This document shows, in pieces, positions 8,834-19,102 of a stretch of 64,000 bases of DNA. The stretch's first letter is position 1. Each line of letters starts with the position of its first letter. The stretch comes from Candidatus Nitrospinota bacterium M3_3B_026 (GTDB taxonomy: Bacteria; Nitrospinota_A; UBA7883; JBPRGF01), in contig JBPRGF010000033.1 of assembly GCA_051418015.1 (NCBI GenBank), positions 128,001-192,000 of the forward strand. Direction: 5' to 3'. The notes under the pieces were generated by a model. That model did no database searches, was not told where the DNA came from, and worked only from the letters and a program-made list of their open reading frames with translations. A program made the translations under genes and the position numbers.

Positions 8834-11068
8834 ATGGAAAGGAAAGTGGAAGTCGGCGTTGGGGGGATGACCTGCGCCGCCTGCGTGCGCAGGGTGGAGA
8901 ACAGCCTGAAAAAACGGGAAGGCGTCCTCGACGCCTCGGTCAACCTCGCCACGGAGTCCGCCACGATACGTTTCGACCCGCGTGCGGCGGACGTGGAGTC
9001 CATAAAAGAATGGATATCAGGATCCGGTTACAAGCCATACGACATAACCTCCGGGGCCATCGGTCCGGAGGATGAAAAACGCCGGAGCGATGAGACAAGG
9101 GCCGCCCTGAAAAGGCTCGCCGTCTCCGCCCTGCTTACGGCGCCGGTCATGCTCCTTTCCATGAAAGACCATTTCGGCCTCGCCGGGCTCATCCCCGCCG
9201 GGCTGGACAAGGCGCTCATGTTCGCCCTCAGTACGCCGGTAATGTTCTGGGCCGGAGCGCCTTTCATGGTTGGGGCCGTCAAGGCCGCAAGACAGAAAAC
9301 GTCCGACATGAACACGCTAATAGCGGTGGGGACGCTCTCGGCCTACGGCTACTCGACGGTGAGCGCCTTCGCTCCGGGCCTGGTGGCCGTGGACGGCGCC
9401 GCCCCGCCGGTCTATTTCGAAACCGCCGCGATGATAATAACCCTCATCCTGATGGGCAAATTCCTGGAGGCCAGGGCGAAGGGCCGCGCCTCGGACGCCA
9501 TCCGCAAACTGATGAGCCTTGCGCCCCGGAGGGCGAGGGTGATCCGCGGCGGGGCGGAGCTTGAGATACCGGCCGAGGCGGTGGCGGCCGGAGACGTCGT
9601 TGTCGTCAGGCCGGGCGAGGCGATACCTGTCGACGGGACGGTACTGGAGGGATCGTCGTCGGTCGACGAATCGATGATAACCGGAGAGTACATCCCCGCC
9701 TCCAAGGCGCCGGGGGACACGGTGACCGGGGGGACGGTGAATAAAACGGGGTCGTTCACCTTCACTGCGACGAAGATTGGGGCCCAGACCGTTCTCGCGA
9801 GGATCATAAGACTCGTCCGCGAGGCCCAGGGCAGCAAAGCGCCCGTCCAGAAACTGGCCGACATCGTAGCCTCCTGGTTCGTCCCGGCGGTGATAGGGGT
9901 GGGGGTGGCCTCCTTTATCGTCTGGCACAGCCTCGGCCCGGAGCCGCGGTTCGTCCGGGCGCTGGTGATATTCGTCTCCGTGCTCATCATAGCCTGCCCC
10001 TGCGCCCTGGGGCTGGCCACTCCGGTGGCTGTCATGGTAGGGACGGGCCGGGGCGCGGAGCTTGGGATACTCGTGAAAAGCGGCGAGGCCCTGGAGAAGG
10101 CGGCCACGGTGGATACGGTGATCTTCGACAAGACGGGAACCATAACGAAAGGCGTCCCAAGGGTGAAAAACGTGATTCCCCTGGACGGCGTTCCCGAGGA
10201 GGATGTTCTGGCCCTCGCCGCGGCGGTGGAGAGCCGGTCGGAGCACCCGCTGGGCGCCGCCGTTCTCCGCGCCGCCGAGGAGCGGGGGCTCTCCGCCCCG
10301 GCCGGCGGGGATTTCAGGCACACCGCCGGGGCCGGCGTCGAAGCGGTGGTGGACGGGGAGCGGGTGGCCGTCGGCTCCCTCAGGCTGATGGAGAAGCTCG
10401 GCGGCTCCCAGGCGCTGGAGGAGGCGCGAAAAGCCATGGCGGATGGCGGGGCCACCCTCCTTTTCGCCATGCGTGGAGGGCGGATGGTGGGGGCGATAAG
10501 CGTCGAGGACACCATAAAGCCCGAGGCCGCCGAGGCCGTGGCGGAGCTTGAGAGAATGGGGATTTCCGTCATAATGATTACCGGGGACACCAGCGCCGCC
10601 GCGGAGGCCGTTGCCCGGGAGACGGGGATAAAAAAGTTTCTGGCCGGCGTTCTGCCGGAGGAGAAGGCCCGGGAAGTTGAAAAGCTCCAGGCCGAGGGGC
10701 GGAAAGTGGCCATGGTCGGCGACGGGATAAACGACGCCCCGGCCCTTGCCAGGGCGGACGCCGGTATCGCCATGGGGCAGGGGACCGACATCGCCATGGA
10801 GTCCGGCGACATGGCGCTGATGACAGGCGACCCACGGACCGCGGCGGCGGCGCTCTCTCTTGGCGCGGCGGTGATGCGGGTCATCAGGCAGAACCTGTTC
10901 TGGGCCTTCGCTTACAACGTCACGTTGATACCCGTGGCGGCGGGGGGTCTGTATCCTGTCTGGGGGATAACGTTGAAACCCGTCCTGGCGGCGGCGGCGA
11001 TGGCTTTCTCGTCGGTCACGGTGGTCATGAACTCGCTCCGGTTGAAATCGTTCGCTCCGCGGCGATAA
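8834..11068 (+). CDS. copA: Cu(I)-translocating P1B ATPase
   Basis: GMTCAAC HMA domain, [27 protein letters not shown]. Confidence 0.92.
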   Translation: MERKVEVGVGGMTCAACVRRVENSLKKREGVLDASVNLATESATIRFDPRAADVESIKEWISGSGYKPYDITSGAIGPEDEKRRSDETRAALKRLAVSALLTAPVMLLSMKDHFGLAGLIPAGLDKALMFALSTPVMFWAGAPFMVGAVKAARQKTSDMNTLIAVGTLSAYGYSTVSAFAPGLVAVDGAAPPVYFETAAMIITLILMGKFLEARAKGRASDAIRKLMSLAPRRARVIRGGAELEIPAEAVAAGDVVVVRPGEAIPVDGTVLEGSSSVDESMITGEYIPASKAPGDTVTGGTVNKTGSFTFTATKIGAQTVLARIIRLVREAQGSKAPVQKLADIVASWFVPAVIGVGVASFIVWHSLGPEPRFVRALVIFVSVLIIACPCALGLATPVAVMVGTGRGAELGILVKSGEALEKAATVDTVIFDKTGTITKGVPRVKNVIPLDGVPEEDVLALAAAVESRSEHPLGAAVLRAAEERGLSAPAGGDFRHTAGAGVEAVVDGERVAVGSLRLMEKLGGSQALEEARKAMADGGATLLFAMRGGRMVGAISVEDTIKPEAAEAVAELERMGISVIMITGDTSAAAEAVARETGIKKFLAGVLPEEKAREVEKLQAEGRKVAMVGDGINDAPALARADAGIAMGQGTDIAMESGDMALMTGDPRTAAAALSLGAAVMRVIRQNLFWAFAYNVTLIPVAAGGLYPVWGITLKPVLAAAAMAFSSVTVVMNSLRLKSFAPRR

Positions 11069-11122
11069 GATTGTAATGAAAAACTCGTCCCGTGGAATGA
11101 ATGGGAACCAGCCAACCCCGGT

Positions 11123-13462
11123 ATGCGATCGAAGATGAGCATCGAGCATATCCAGCGATGGTTTGACGCCGCGTTGGGTAAAATCCAGCTTCTCGCGCTC
11201 ATTGTGGACCATGACGGGAAAATAGTCTCCGCCAACGACTTCACCGCCGAGACGACCGGATGGTCCCGCGAGGTCCTGACCGGCGAAAGCTGGCTGGAGT
11301 TTTTTGTCCCGGAGAGGGCGGAGCGCGAAAGGGTCAGGAAAAACCTCGATCTCATCCTGCGCGGGGACGAGGCCGCCCCCGAGGGCTTGCAATGCCGGAT
11401 CATCTCGAAGACCGGCGGCTCCAGGATCGTATCCTGGAGCTTCGGCCCACTCGGCGACATGAACGGCGTCATCATGATCGGCAAGGACATAACGGAGATA
11501 GCCAGGGCCGAAGAGGAGAAAAACAGGCAGAGGGATTTTCTGGCCGACACCCTGGAGGCGCTGACCCATCCTCTCTACGTGATAGACGCCGCCGACTACA
11601 CGATAGTCATGGCCAATTCCGCCGCGGGTTTCGGCAAGCTCTCGGGGCGGGAGAAGTGCTACGAGCTGACGCACCACAGAAGCTCCCCCTGCGACGACCC
11701 TGACAACGAGTGCCCCCTGGAGATGGTGAAGAGGACGAAACAGCCGGCCAGCGTCAAGCATATCCATTACGACAGGGAGGGAAGGGCGCGGTACGTTGAG
11801 GTGTTCGGCTATCCCGTGCTGGACGAGAGCGGCGCCGTTCGGCGGATGATCGAGTACACCATGGACGTAACCGGCCGCGAGATGGCGGACAGGGAACTGA
11901 GAGACAGCCGCCGAAGGTACATAGACATAATAGAGAACATCGCCGAGGCGATCATAGAGATCAACGGCGAGGGCGTGATAACCATCTGGAACAAGGCGGC
12001 GGAGCGGATATTCGGGTACACCGCCGCGGAGGCCATCGGCGAAAACATCACCATGGTGATCCCGCCGGAGCTCCGTAAAGACCACGAGATGTTGTTGAAA
12101 AAAGCGGAGGAGAACGCGCGCGGCGGATATCCGGCCAGTCCCGTCGAGGTCATGGGGCTCAGGAAGAACGGGGCCAGGCCCCCCGTGGAGCTTCTTGTCT
12201 CCATGACCGGCGGCGAAGGGGAGCGCCGGTTCACCGGGATACTCCGGGACCTCACCGAGCAGAAGCGGAACCGCGAGGCCCTCATCCGTGCGGAGAGCCT
12301 CGGCGCCGTGGGGAGGCTCCTTTCGGGGATAGCGCACGAGCTCAACAACCCTCTCACGGCGATAATGGGATACAGTGAGGCGGCCCTGGGCCACGATGGC
12401 CTGCCGGAGCCGCTGCGCCGGGACATCGAAATGGTTCTGAACGAATCCCGCAGAAGCTCAGGGATAGTTCGAGGTCTCCTGAACTTCGTCAGGAAAAGGC
12501 CGGCGAGCAAAACGCGGGTGGAGATCGGCGGGCTCGTGATGAAGGTCCTTTCGTTGAAAGCGTACCAGCTGAGGCTGGACAACATAGAGATTCAGACGGA
12601 CCTCGTCGGCGGCCTCCCCTGCGTCATGGCGGACGAGGGGCAGATACAGCAGGTCTTCCTGAATCTCGTCCAGAACGCCCACGACGCCATACAGGAGACC
12701 GGAGTGCCCGGCTGGATAGCCGTAAGAGGCCGGGCGCGGGACGGGATGCTTTTGCTGGAGTTCGAAAACTCCGGCCCGCCGATCCGCGCCGTAGAGATCG
12801 AAAGGATATTCGAGTTTTTCTACACCACGAAAGAGGCCGGGCGCGGCTCCGGGTTGGGGCTTGCCATATGCCATGGCATCGTGGAGGAGCACGGGGGGCG
12901 GCTCTCGGCGCGGAACACGGCGGATGGCGTATTGTTTACCGTCGAGCTGCCGGCCTGCGAGAGAGGCGAATGCGGGCCGGAGCCGCCGGGGGATGGTGAG
13001 CTTCCCGACGGGGCGAACAAAAAGGCTCTCATCGTCGACGACGAGCCTTCCGTCAGGAGCGTTCTTTCCCGCTATCTGGGGAAAAGAGGGTTCGAAGTGG
13101 CCCTGGCCGGAGAGGGGAGGCAGGCCCTTGAAAGGATGGAAAAGGAAAGGGCGGATATAATTATAATCGACCTCATGATGCCCGGCATGAACGGGTTTGA
13201 GCTTTACGGGATTATTCGGGAGCGCTGGCCGGAGACGGCGGAAAGGACGATATTCACCTCCGGCATGGTGGAGCGGGAGGCGGCGCGTTTCGCCGAAACG
13301 GAAGGCAGGATCATCCTCGAAAAACCGTTTGGCAAGGACAGCCTCTACGAGGCGGTCATCTCCACTCTTAAACGGGCGTCCGGTATGGAGGCGGCGGGAC
13401 AAGATGGAAAAAATCAGGCGGCTTCCCGACATAATCCCGGACACAATTCCGGGGGCTTATGA
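11123..13462 (+). CDS. Cytoplasmic hybrid sensor kinase (3 PAS-HisKA-HATPase-REC)
   Basis: PAS repeats, IAHELNNPL H-box, NLVQNA, GSGLGL, IVDDE..DLMMPGMNG..EKPF. Confidence 0.9.
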   Translation: MRSKMSIEHIQRWFDAALGKIQLLALIVDHDGKIVSANDFTAETTGWSREVLTGESWLEFFVPERAERERVRKNLDLILRGDEAAPEGLQCRIISKTGGSRIVSWSFGPLGDMNGVIMIGKDITEIARAEEEKNRQRDFLADTLEALTHPLYVIDAADYTIVMANSAAGFGKLSGREKCYELTHHRSSPCDDPDNECPLEMVKRTKQPASVKHIHYDREGRARYVEVFGYPVLDESGAVRRMIEYTMDVTGREMADRELRDSRRRYIDIIENIAEAIIEINGEGVITIWNKAAERIFGYTAAEAIGENITMVIPPELRKDHEMLLKKAEENARGGYPASPVEVMGLRKNGARPPVELLVSMTGGEGERRFTGILRDLTEQKRNREALIRAESLGAVGRLLSGIAHELNNPLTAIMGYSEAALGHDGLPEPLRRDIEMVLNESRRSSGIVRGLLNFVRKRPASKTRVEIGGLVMKVLSLKAYQLRLDNIEIQTDLVGGLPCVMADEGQIQQVFLNLVQNAHDAIQETGVPGWIAVRGRARDGMLLLEFENSGPPIRAVEIERIFEFFYTTKEAGRGSGLGLAICHGIVEEHGGRLSARNTADGVLFTVELPACERGECGPEPPGDGELPDGANKKALIVDDEPSVRSVLSRYLGKRGFEVALAGEGRQALERMEKERADIIIIDLMMPGMNGFELYGIIRERWPETAERTIFTSGMVEREAARFAETEGRIILEKPFGKDSLYEAVISTLKRASGMEAAGQDGKNQAASRHNPGHNSGGL

Positions 13463-15341
13463 ACGCCTCCTGATTTTCGGTGAGCCGGGATCGGGCAAAT
13501 CGACCCTCGCCTCCGACATCGCCCGCGCGTTGTGCAAAAAGGGGATGCGCGCGCGGCTCATAAGCGCCGACCCCGGCTCCCCCGCCTTCGGAGCGCCCGG
13601 GGCCGTGAGCCTTGGCGAGTGGGGCGGTGAAACGTGGAGACTTCTGGACTACGAGGCGCTGCTCTCCCTGAACGCGGCCCGTTTCCGTCTTCCCCTGATC
13701 CAGGCCGTCCGAAGGCTCATACAACGCTCTTCCGCCGGGCAGACCATCATCGACGCGCCGGGTGTAACAAGAGGCGTCGGCGGCGCGGAGCTTCTGGCCG
13801 GGCTCGTCGAAGCCGCGGGGGCTGGGGCCATCCTTGCCCTCTCACGGGAGGGGGAGGACCCGCCGCTTTCAGACGAGCTTTCCGCGCTCGCCGCGGAGGT
13901 GTTCCTCGCGTCCGCCTCACCCCTTGCCCGCCGCCCCGGCAAGGGCGAGCTTGCCCGCCGCAGGACGTTGCTGTGGGACGAGTTCCTGTCCAGCGCCGAA
14001 GAACGCGAGCTTGTTCTGGACGATTACGCGGTTATCGGGACTCCTCCCCCGGTCAGCGTCCGCGAGGAGTGGATCGGCCGCCAGGCCGCGCTGCTTTCCG
14101 GCGATGGAAGGACGCTTGGCATGGGGGAGATAACCGCCATGGACGGCGCAGCCGTCGCCGTGAGGCTCCGCGGAGAGACGGAAGGCGCGCGCGCCATCCT
14201 CGTCCGCGACGCGAAGCGGGTGGCGGACGGGCTTTTGAGGACGGCGCCGAGGCGCTCCGAAAACGGCCTCCGCCATGCTCCGCCGCCAAAGACGCCAACC
14301 AGCCCGGGATACAGCCGCGTCGTGGGACCCCGCCCCATCGTCCGCGCCGGGGCGGTGACGGCCAGCCTGGTGAACGGCGTGTTCGGCGACCCTCTCCTGA
14401 CCCTGCGCCCCAGGCTGCGCAAGCGCCATATCCTTTTCGACATGGGCGGGGCGGAGCGGCTGCCGGCCAGGGCAACCCACCAGGTCACCGATGTTTTCAT
14501 AACACACGCCCACATAGACCACATCGGCGGCTTCCTCTGGCTGTTGCGCTCGCGGATAGGCTTTTTCCCCACGGTAAGGATCTTCGGCCCGCCGGGAATA
14601 TCAGGGAACATCATGGGCATGATAAACGGCGTACTCTGGGACAGGATCGGCGGCAGGGGACCAAGGTTCGAAGTAGGCCAGTTCGACGGCGAAAGAATCG
14701 AAAGAAGCCTTATCATCGCCGGGGCTCAGGCCGCCGAAAGGCTTGATGACAAAACGGCGCGGGACGGGACGCTGCTGGACGAACCAGAGTTCAGTATTCG
14801 CGCCGCCGCCCTTGACCACGATGGGACGCCGTCGCTTGCCTTCTCCTTTGAAAGCTCCCTGGAGTTGAACGTCCGCAAGGACGCCCTGGCGGCCATGGGC
14901 CAGCCGCCGGGGCCATGGCTCAGCGAGCTTAAAAGAAGGATCGCGGCGAAGGACGAGAAGTCCCCGATAGCCCTTCCCGGCGGCGGGGAAGCCCCGGCCG
15001 GGGCGCTGGCAGAAAAGCTTCTGATCCGCTCCCCCGGCAGAAAGCTCGTCTACGCCGCCGACCTGGCCGACACCCCGGAGAACCGCGAGCGGCTCGTGGC
15101 GCTTGCGCGGGGCGCGAGCGTCCTTTTCCTGGAGGCGGCCTTTCTGGAGGAGGACGCGGACCAGGCGAGGGCCACAGGGCATCTCACCACAAAAGCCTGC
15201 GCCGAGATCGCCCTCGCGGCGGGGGTGGAGCGCCTCGTCCCCTTTCATTTCTCGAAACGGTATGAAGATCGCGTCGAACAGGCCTACGGACAGATCCGGC
15301 GGCTATGCCCCGCCGTCGTCCCCTTCCCGGAGGACATGTGA
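13404..15341 (+). CDS. Clp1-like polynucleotide 5'-OH kinase fused to RNase Z-like metallo-beta-lactamase
   Basis: GEPGSGKST, ADPGS, IIDAPG, Arg-rich lid; then THAHIDH, GPPG, PPGPW arm, YAAD, LEAAF, GHLT, PFHFSKRY. Confidence 0.8.
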   Translation: MEKIRRLPDIIPDTIPGAYERLLIFGEPGSGKSTLASDIARALCKKGMRARLISADPGSPAFGAPGAVSLGEWGGETWRLLDYEALLSLNAARFRLPLIQAVRRLIQRSSAGQTIIDAPGVTRGVGGAELLAGLVEAAGAGAILALSREGEDPPLSDELSALAAEVFLASASPLARRPGKGELARRRTLLWDEFLSSAEERELVLDDYAVIGTPPPVSVREEWIGRQAALLSGDGRTLGMGEITAMDGAAVAVRLRGETEGARAILVRDAKRVADGLLRTAPRRSENGLRHAPPPKTPTSPGYSRVVGPRPIVRAGAVTASLVNGVFGDPLLTLRPRLRKRHILFDMGGAERLPARATHQVTDVFITHAHIDHIGGFLWLLRSRIGFFPTVRIFGPPGISGNIMGMINGVLWDRIGGRGPRFEVGQFDGERIERSLIIAGAQAAERLDDKTARDGTLLDEPEFSIRAAALDHDGTPSLAFSFESSLELNVRKDALAAMGQPPGPWLSELKRRIAAKDEKSPIALPGGGEAPAGALAEKLLIRSPGRKLVYAADLADTPENRERLVALARGASVLFLEAAFLEEDADQARATGHLTTKACAEIALAAGVERLVPFHFSKRYEDRVEQAYGQIRRLCPAVVPFPEDM

Positions 15342-15652
15342 AAGGCGCGGCGGCCGGTTTCAATCCTTATCCTTTATGGCTATATTCGATTTAACTATGA
15401 TCGGAATATGAAAATTTGGAAATCTTCCCGGACGACGCCGCATCTAAAAGCGGAGAGCCGAAGAGGGGCTTTGATTCTTCGGCCCTGCCGTAAAACAGAG
15501 GGCATGAGTTTTTTTAACAGCAAGGGGCGTTCGCTGTTATATGACGGGGGGACAACCGTGGTTGAGAACGCGGCGCGGCGGCTCCACGCGATGACGGATA
15601 TCTTCCCGCCCGGATATCCGCGGCCTCTTTCCGGCCTCGGCGGGGGACTGGC

Positions 15653-16213
15653 GTGAGATATTGCGAGAGCCTCGGCGCCCTCAAGCCGCGGTCAGGCGTA
15701 GCCAGGGCGCTGGCGCGCGCGCTGGCGGGTCTTTTTGTGCTGTTCGCCGCTTTCGTCACGTTCTTTTATTTCGGGCCCGTATACTCTCTCACCGCCTACG
15801 CTCCGGAGCAGCCGATACCATACTCGCACAAGCTGCACGCGGGCGATCTTGGCATACCGTGCCAGTACTGCCACACCTACGCCAGGAGGTCGGAGATGGC
15901 CGGCGTGCCGTCGGTGGCCAAGTGCATGAACTGCCATTCGAACATCACCTCCGATACGGAGGCGATCGCGAGGTTGACGGATCATTTCGAAAAAGGGACG
16001 CCGGTGGCCTGGACGAGGGTCTACAACCTCCCGGACCACGTCTGGTTCAATCACAAGAGGCACGTAAAGAAAGACATAGAGTGCCAGAAGTGCCATGGCG
16101 CCGTCGAGACGCTGGAGGTGAACGCGCGGGTGAACGATTTCAAGATGGGTTTTTGCCTGGACTGCCACCAGGCAGAGGGCGCGCCGACGGACTGCTGGAC
16201 GTGCCACACGTGA
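15653..16213 (+). CDS. actA: Alternative complex III pentaheme cytochrome c (ActA)
   Basis: N-terminal TM, PEQPIPYSHKLH, five CxxCH (CQYCH, CMNCH, CQKCH, CLDCH, CWTCH). Confidence 0.85.
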   Translation: MRYCESLGALKPRSGVARALARALAGLFVLFAAFVTFFYFGPVYSLTAYAPEQPIPYSHKLHAGDLGIPCQYCHTYARRSEMAGVPSVAKCMNCHSNITSDTEAIARLTDHFEKGTPVAWTRVYNLPDHVWFNHKRHVKKDIECQKCHGAVETLEVNARVNDFKMGFCLDCHQAEGAPTDCWTCHT

Positions 16214-16245
16214 GTTTGCGGGAAGATCGGGGACGATGTTGAAGA

Positions 16246-18405
16246 ATGGATAGACGAACGTTTCTGAAATTCGGCGGGGCCGCGGCGGCGGCTGGGCTTA
16301 CAGGCTCCTGCGGCCAGGTTGCGCAAAAGATAATCCCTTACGTCATTCCCCCCGACGAGGGGATAAACCCCGTGGAGGGGTGGTACTTCAACACCGCCTG
16401 CGGAATGTGCGGCCAGGGGTGCGGGGTCATGATCCGCGTGGTGGAGGGGAGGGCGAAGAAGGTGGAGGGAAACCCGGCTCACCCGATGAACAGGGGCGGC
16501 GTCTGCGCCATGGGCCAGGCCGCCGTCCAGCAGGTATACCATCCCGAAAGGATACAGAAACCCCTCAGGCGCAAGGGCGGCAAAGGGATGAACAGCTTCG
16601 AGCCGATATCGTGGGACGACGCGTTCTCCATCCTCGCCGAGAAGATGAAAAAGGCTGCGGGAGGGAAGGTTTTCGTGATCGCCGATGATGGCTCCGGCGC
16701 TCCAGCCGCCGTCGCTTCGCGGTTTCTGGAGAGCGCCGGGTCGCGGGATTTCATAGTCCCGGACATGCGCGGCGGTGTCTCTTTCCCCACACCGGACATA
16801 TCGGACGCCGCCGTGGCGATGCTTTTCGGCGCGGATATCCTGGAAAGCGGCTTCCCCAGCGTCAACTACGGGTTCCAGTTCGGCGCGATGAGGAGAGGCA
16901 GCCCGGTTCGCCGTGGAATGATGATCTACGCCGGGCCGAGGATGTCGATGACCGCCGCGTCGGCTGACCGTTTCATCGCGGCGCGTCCGGGGACGCTGGG
17001 GACGCTGGCGCTCGGCGTTCTTGGCGAGGCGGCGGGGGAGGCCGGGCGGAGGGGGGTGCTGGACGCCGATGATGTTGCCCTTTACGGGCGGCTTGGCATG
17101 ACGGCGCTTGAGGCGGCCGCGAAGACGGGTGTCCCCGCTGAGAGGATAAAAGAGGCCGCGCGTCTTCTGGTGGAGAACCCGCCGGCCTTCGCCATACCGG
17201 GCGACGACGTCGCCTTTCATTCAAACGGCCTCGCGTCGGTGAGGGCTGTGGAGGCTCTGGACTTGCTGCTGTCACGGCTGGGCGGGGCGAGAAGGCGCGC
17301 CGTGGCCGCGCCTCCGCGTGACGGAGGACTGTATGAAGACCTCAAAAAATTCCTCGGCGTACCGCCGGACGCGCAGGACCCTGGGAAGCTGCGCGCTGTC
17401 ATTGGGAAAATGATGGACGGCGGGATGGAGCTTGGGATCGTGATGGGCGCGAACCCGGTCCACGGCCTCCCCCCTTCTCTGAAGATGGCCGAGGCGCTTT
17501 CGAAGACCGGTTTCATGGCGGCGACGGGGCTGTTCCTGAACGACACGACCCGCTACGCCGATCTTGTTTTCCCGGAGAGTCATTTCCTGGAGTCGTGGTC
17601 GGCGTCGATCTTCCGGTCGCCCCAGGGCGAGGAGGGGATAACCACCCGCCAGCCGGTCATGCGGCCCCTTTACGACACGATGGCCGCGGGGGACATCATC
17701 GCCAGGGCGGCGGCCGTGGCCGGGCTGGACGCGGGCGAAGGGCAGGAGGAGGCGGTTCGGAGTATGGTACGAAGCCTCAGGCCCCGCCTGCCGGTGGAGC
17801 TTGCGTCCATGAGCGACAAGAAAATATGGGAGCGCATGCTCCAGGACGGCGGCTGGCGCCAGCGCTGGGACGAAGGCCCGGGCGGGGACGCAAAGCCGCC
17901 GGAGCGGATAGAGATCGAGGCCCCCGCGTTCTCCGGCGGCGGGGAGTTCCACCTGATCCCGTACCACACCATAGCCGTGGGCGGCGGCGGCGCGGCGAAC
18001 CTGCCGTGGATCCTTGAAAAGCCCGACCCGATGACGACGCTGATGTGGGGCTCGTGGGTGGAGATCAACCCGAAGACCGCCGCGCGGCTCGGCGTGGACA
18101 ACGGCGACGTGGTGAGGGTGGAGTCGCCCCACGGCTTTATCGAGGCGCCGGTTTATATCTATCCCGGCATCGCGCCCGAAGCCGCGGCCCTGCCGTTTGG
18201 CTACGGGCACGAGTCCTACGGGAAATACGCAAGCGGCCGGGGCGCGAACGCAATGCGGCTTCTGGGTGATTTTTTCGTCGAAGGCTCGAGGACGCCCGCC
18301 TGGCGCGGGGTGAAGGTGAAGATCACCAGGACCGGCGGGAAGATCGGCCTGGCGCGGGAGGGTCATCCCGAGGGAGAGTACGAGGGTGAAGTCTTTCAAC
18401 TTTAA
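16246..18405 (+). CDS. ACIII/Qrc molybdopterin-oxidoreductase-like subunit (ActB1/QrcB-like), Tat lipoprotein
   Basis: MDRRTFLK Tat motif + LTGSC lipobox; CGMCGQGC..C; DTTRYADLVFPESHFLE; C-terminal WVEINP. Confidence 0.85.
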   Translation: MDRRTFLKFGGAAAAAGLTGSCGQVAQKIIPYVIPPDEGINPVEGWYFNTACGMCGQGCGVMIRVVEGRAKKVEGNPAHPMNRGGVCAMGQAAVQQVYHPERIQKPLRRKGGKGMNSFEPISWDDAFSILAEKMKKAAGGKVFVIADDGSGAPAAVASRFLESAGSRDFIVPDMRGGVSFPTPDISDAAVAMLFGADILESGFPSVNYGFQFGAMRRGSPVRRGMMIYAGPRMSMTAASADRFIAARPGTLGTLALGVLGEAAGEAGRRGVLDADDVALYGRLGMTALEAAAKTGVPAERIKEAARLLVENPPAFAIPGDDVAFHSNGLASVRAVEALDLLLSRLGGARRRAVAAPPRDGGLYEDLKKFLGVPPDAQDPGKLRAVIGKMMDGGMELGIVMGANPVHGLPPSLKMAEALSKTGFMAATGLFLNDTTRYADLVFPESHFLESWSASIFRSPQGEEGITTRQPVMRPLYDTMAAGDIIARAAAVAGLDAGEGQEEAVRSMVRSLRPRLPVELASMSDKKIWERMLQDGGWRQRWDEGPGGDAKPPERIEIEAPAFSGGGEFHLIPYHTIAVGGGGAANLPWILEKPDPMTTLMWGSWVEINPKTAARLGVDNGDVVRVESPHGFIEAPVYIYPGIAPEAAALPFGYGHESYGKYASGRGANAMRLLGDFFVEGSRTPAWRGVKVKITRTGGKIGLAREGHPEGEYEGEVFQL

Positions 18406-19099
18406 ACACGACAACGACCACAAGTGGGTCATGGTCATAGACCTCGACCGCTGCGACGGTTGCGGCGCGTGCGTCGTCGCCTGCCAGGCGGAGAACAACG
18501 TCGCCGTGGTGGGCGATGAGCTTGTGAAACAGGATCGCTCCATGTCGTGGCTGCGGATAGAGCGCTACTTCGAGGGGGAGTGGCCGGACCTGCGGGTCGT
18601 CTTCCTGCCGATGCTCTGCCAGCAGTGCGATCACGCCCCCTGTGAGCCCGTCTGCCCTACTTTCGCCACGTACCACAACCCCGAGGGGCTGAACGCCATG
18701 ATCTACAACCGGTGCATCGGCACAAGGTTCTGCGGCAACAACTGCCCCTATGGCGTCCGCAAGTTCAACTGGCTCGAATACCCGATCGAGAAACCCCTGG
18801 AGGAGCAGCTCAACCCCGACGTCTCCGTCCGCGAGAAGGGGGTGATGGAGAAGTGCACCTTCTGTATGCAGAGGATCAGGAGGGCCAAGGACAGGGCAAA
18901 GGATGAAGGGAGGAAGGTAAAAGACGGCGAGGCGACCCCCGCCTGCGCCCAGACCTGCCCCACGAACGCGATAGCCTTCGGCGACGTCAACGACCCCGAA
19001 AGCAGGGTGGCCCTCCTCTCCAAAAGCAAAAGGAGGCACAGGCTACTAGAGGAGCATGGGACACACCCCTCCGTGATCTACCTGAAGGGAGGAGCGTAA
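18386..19099 (+). CDS. ACIII Fe-S subunit (ActB2)
   Basis: CDGCGACVVAC, CQQC..CEPVCP, CIGTRFCGNNCPY (ACIII-type), CTFC..CAQTCP. Confidence 0.88.
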   Translation: MKSFNFKHDNDHKWVMVIDLDRCDGCGACVVACQAENNVAVVGDELVKQDRSMSWLRIERYFEGEWPDLRVVFLPMLCQQCDHAPCEPVCPTFATYHNPEGLNAMIYNRCIGTRFCGNNCPYGVRKFNWLEYPIEKPLEEQLNPDVSVREKGVMEKCTFCMQRIRRAKDRAKDEGRKVKDGEATPACAQTCPTNAIAFGDVNDPESRVALLSKSKRRHRLLEEHGTHPSVIYLKGGA

Positions 19100-19102
19100 A
19101 GA

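Noticed and set aside
9317..12394. 1025-aa minus-strand ORF
   Set aside because: Antisense shadow of copA and the kinase; no motifs; expected in high-GC coding DNA
15408..15656. 82-aa ORF upstream of actA
   Set aside because: No motifs and atypical composition; overlaps the probable promoter/leader
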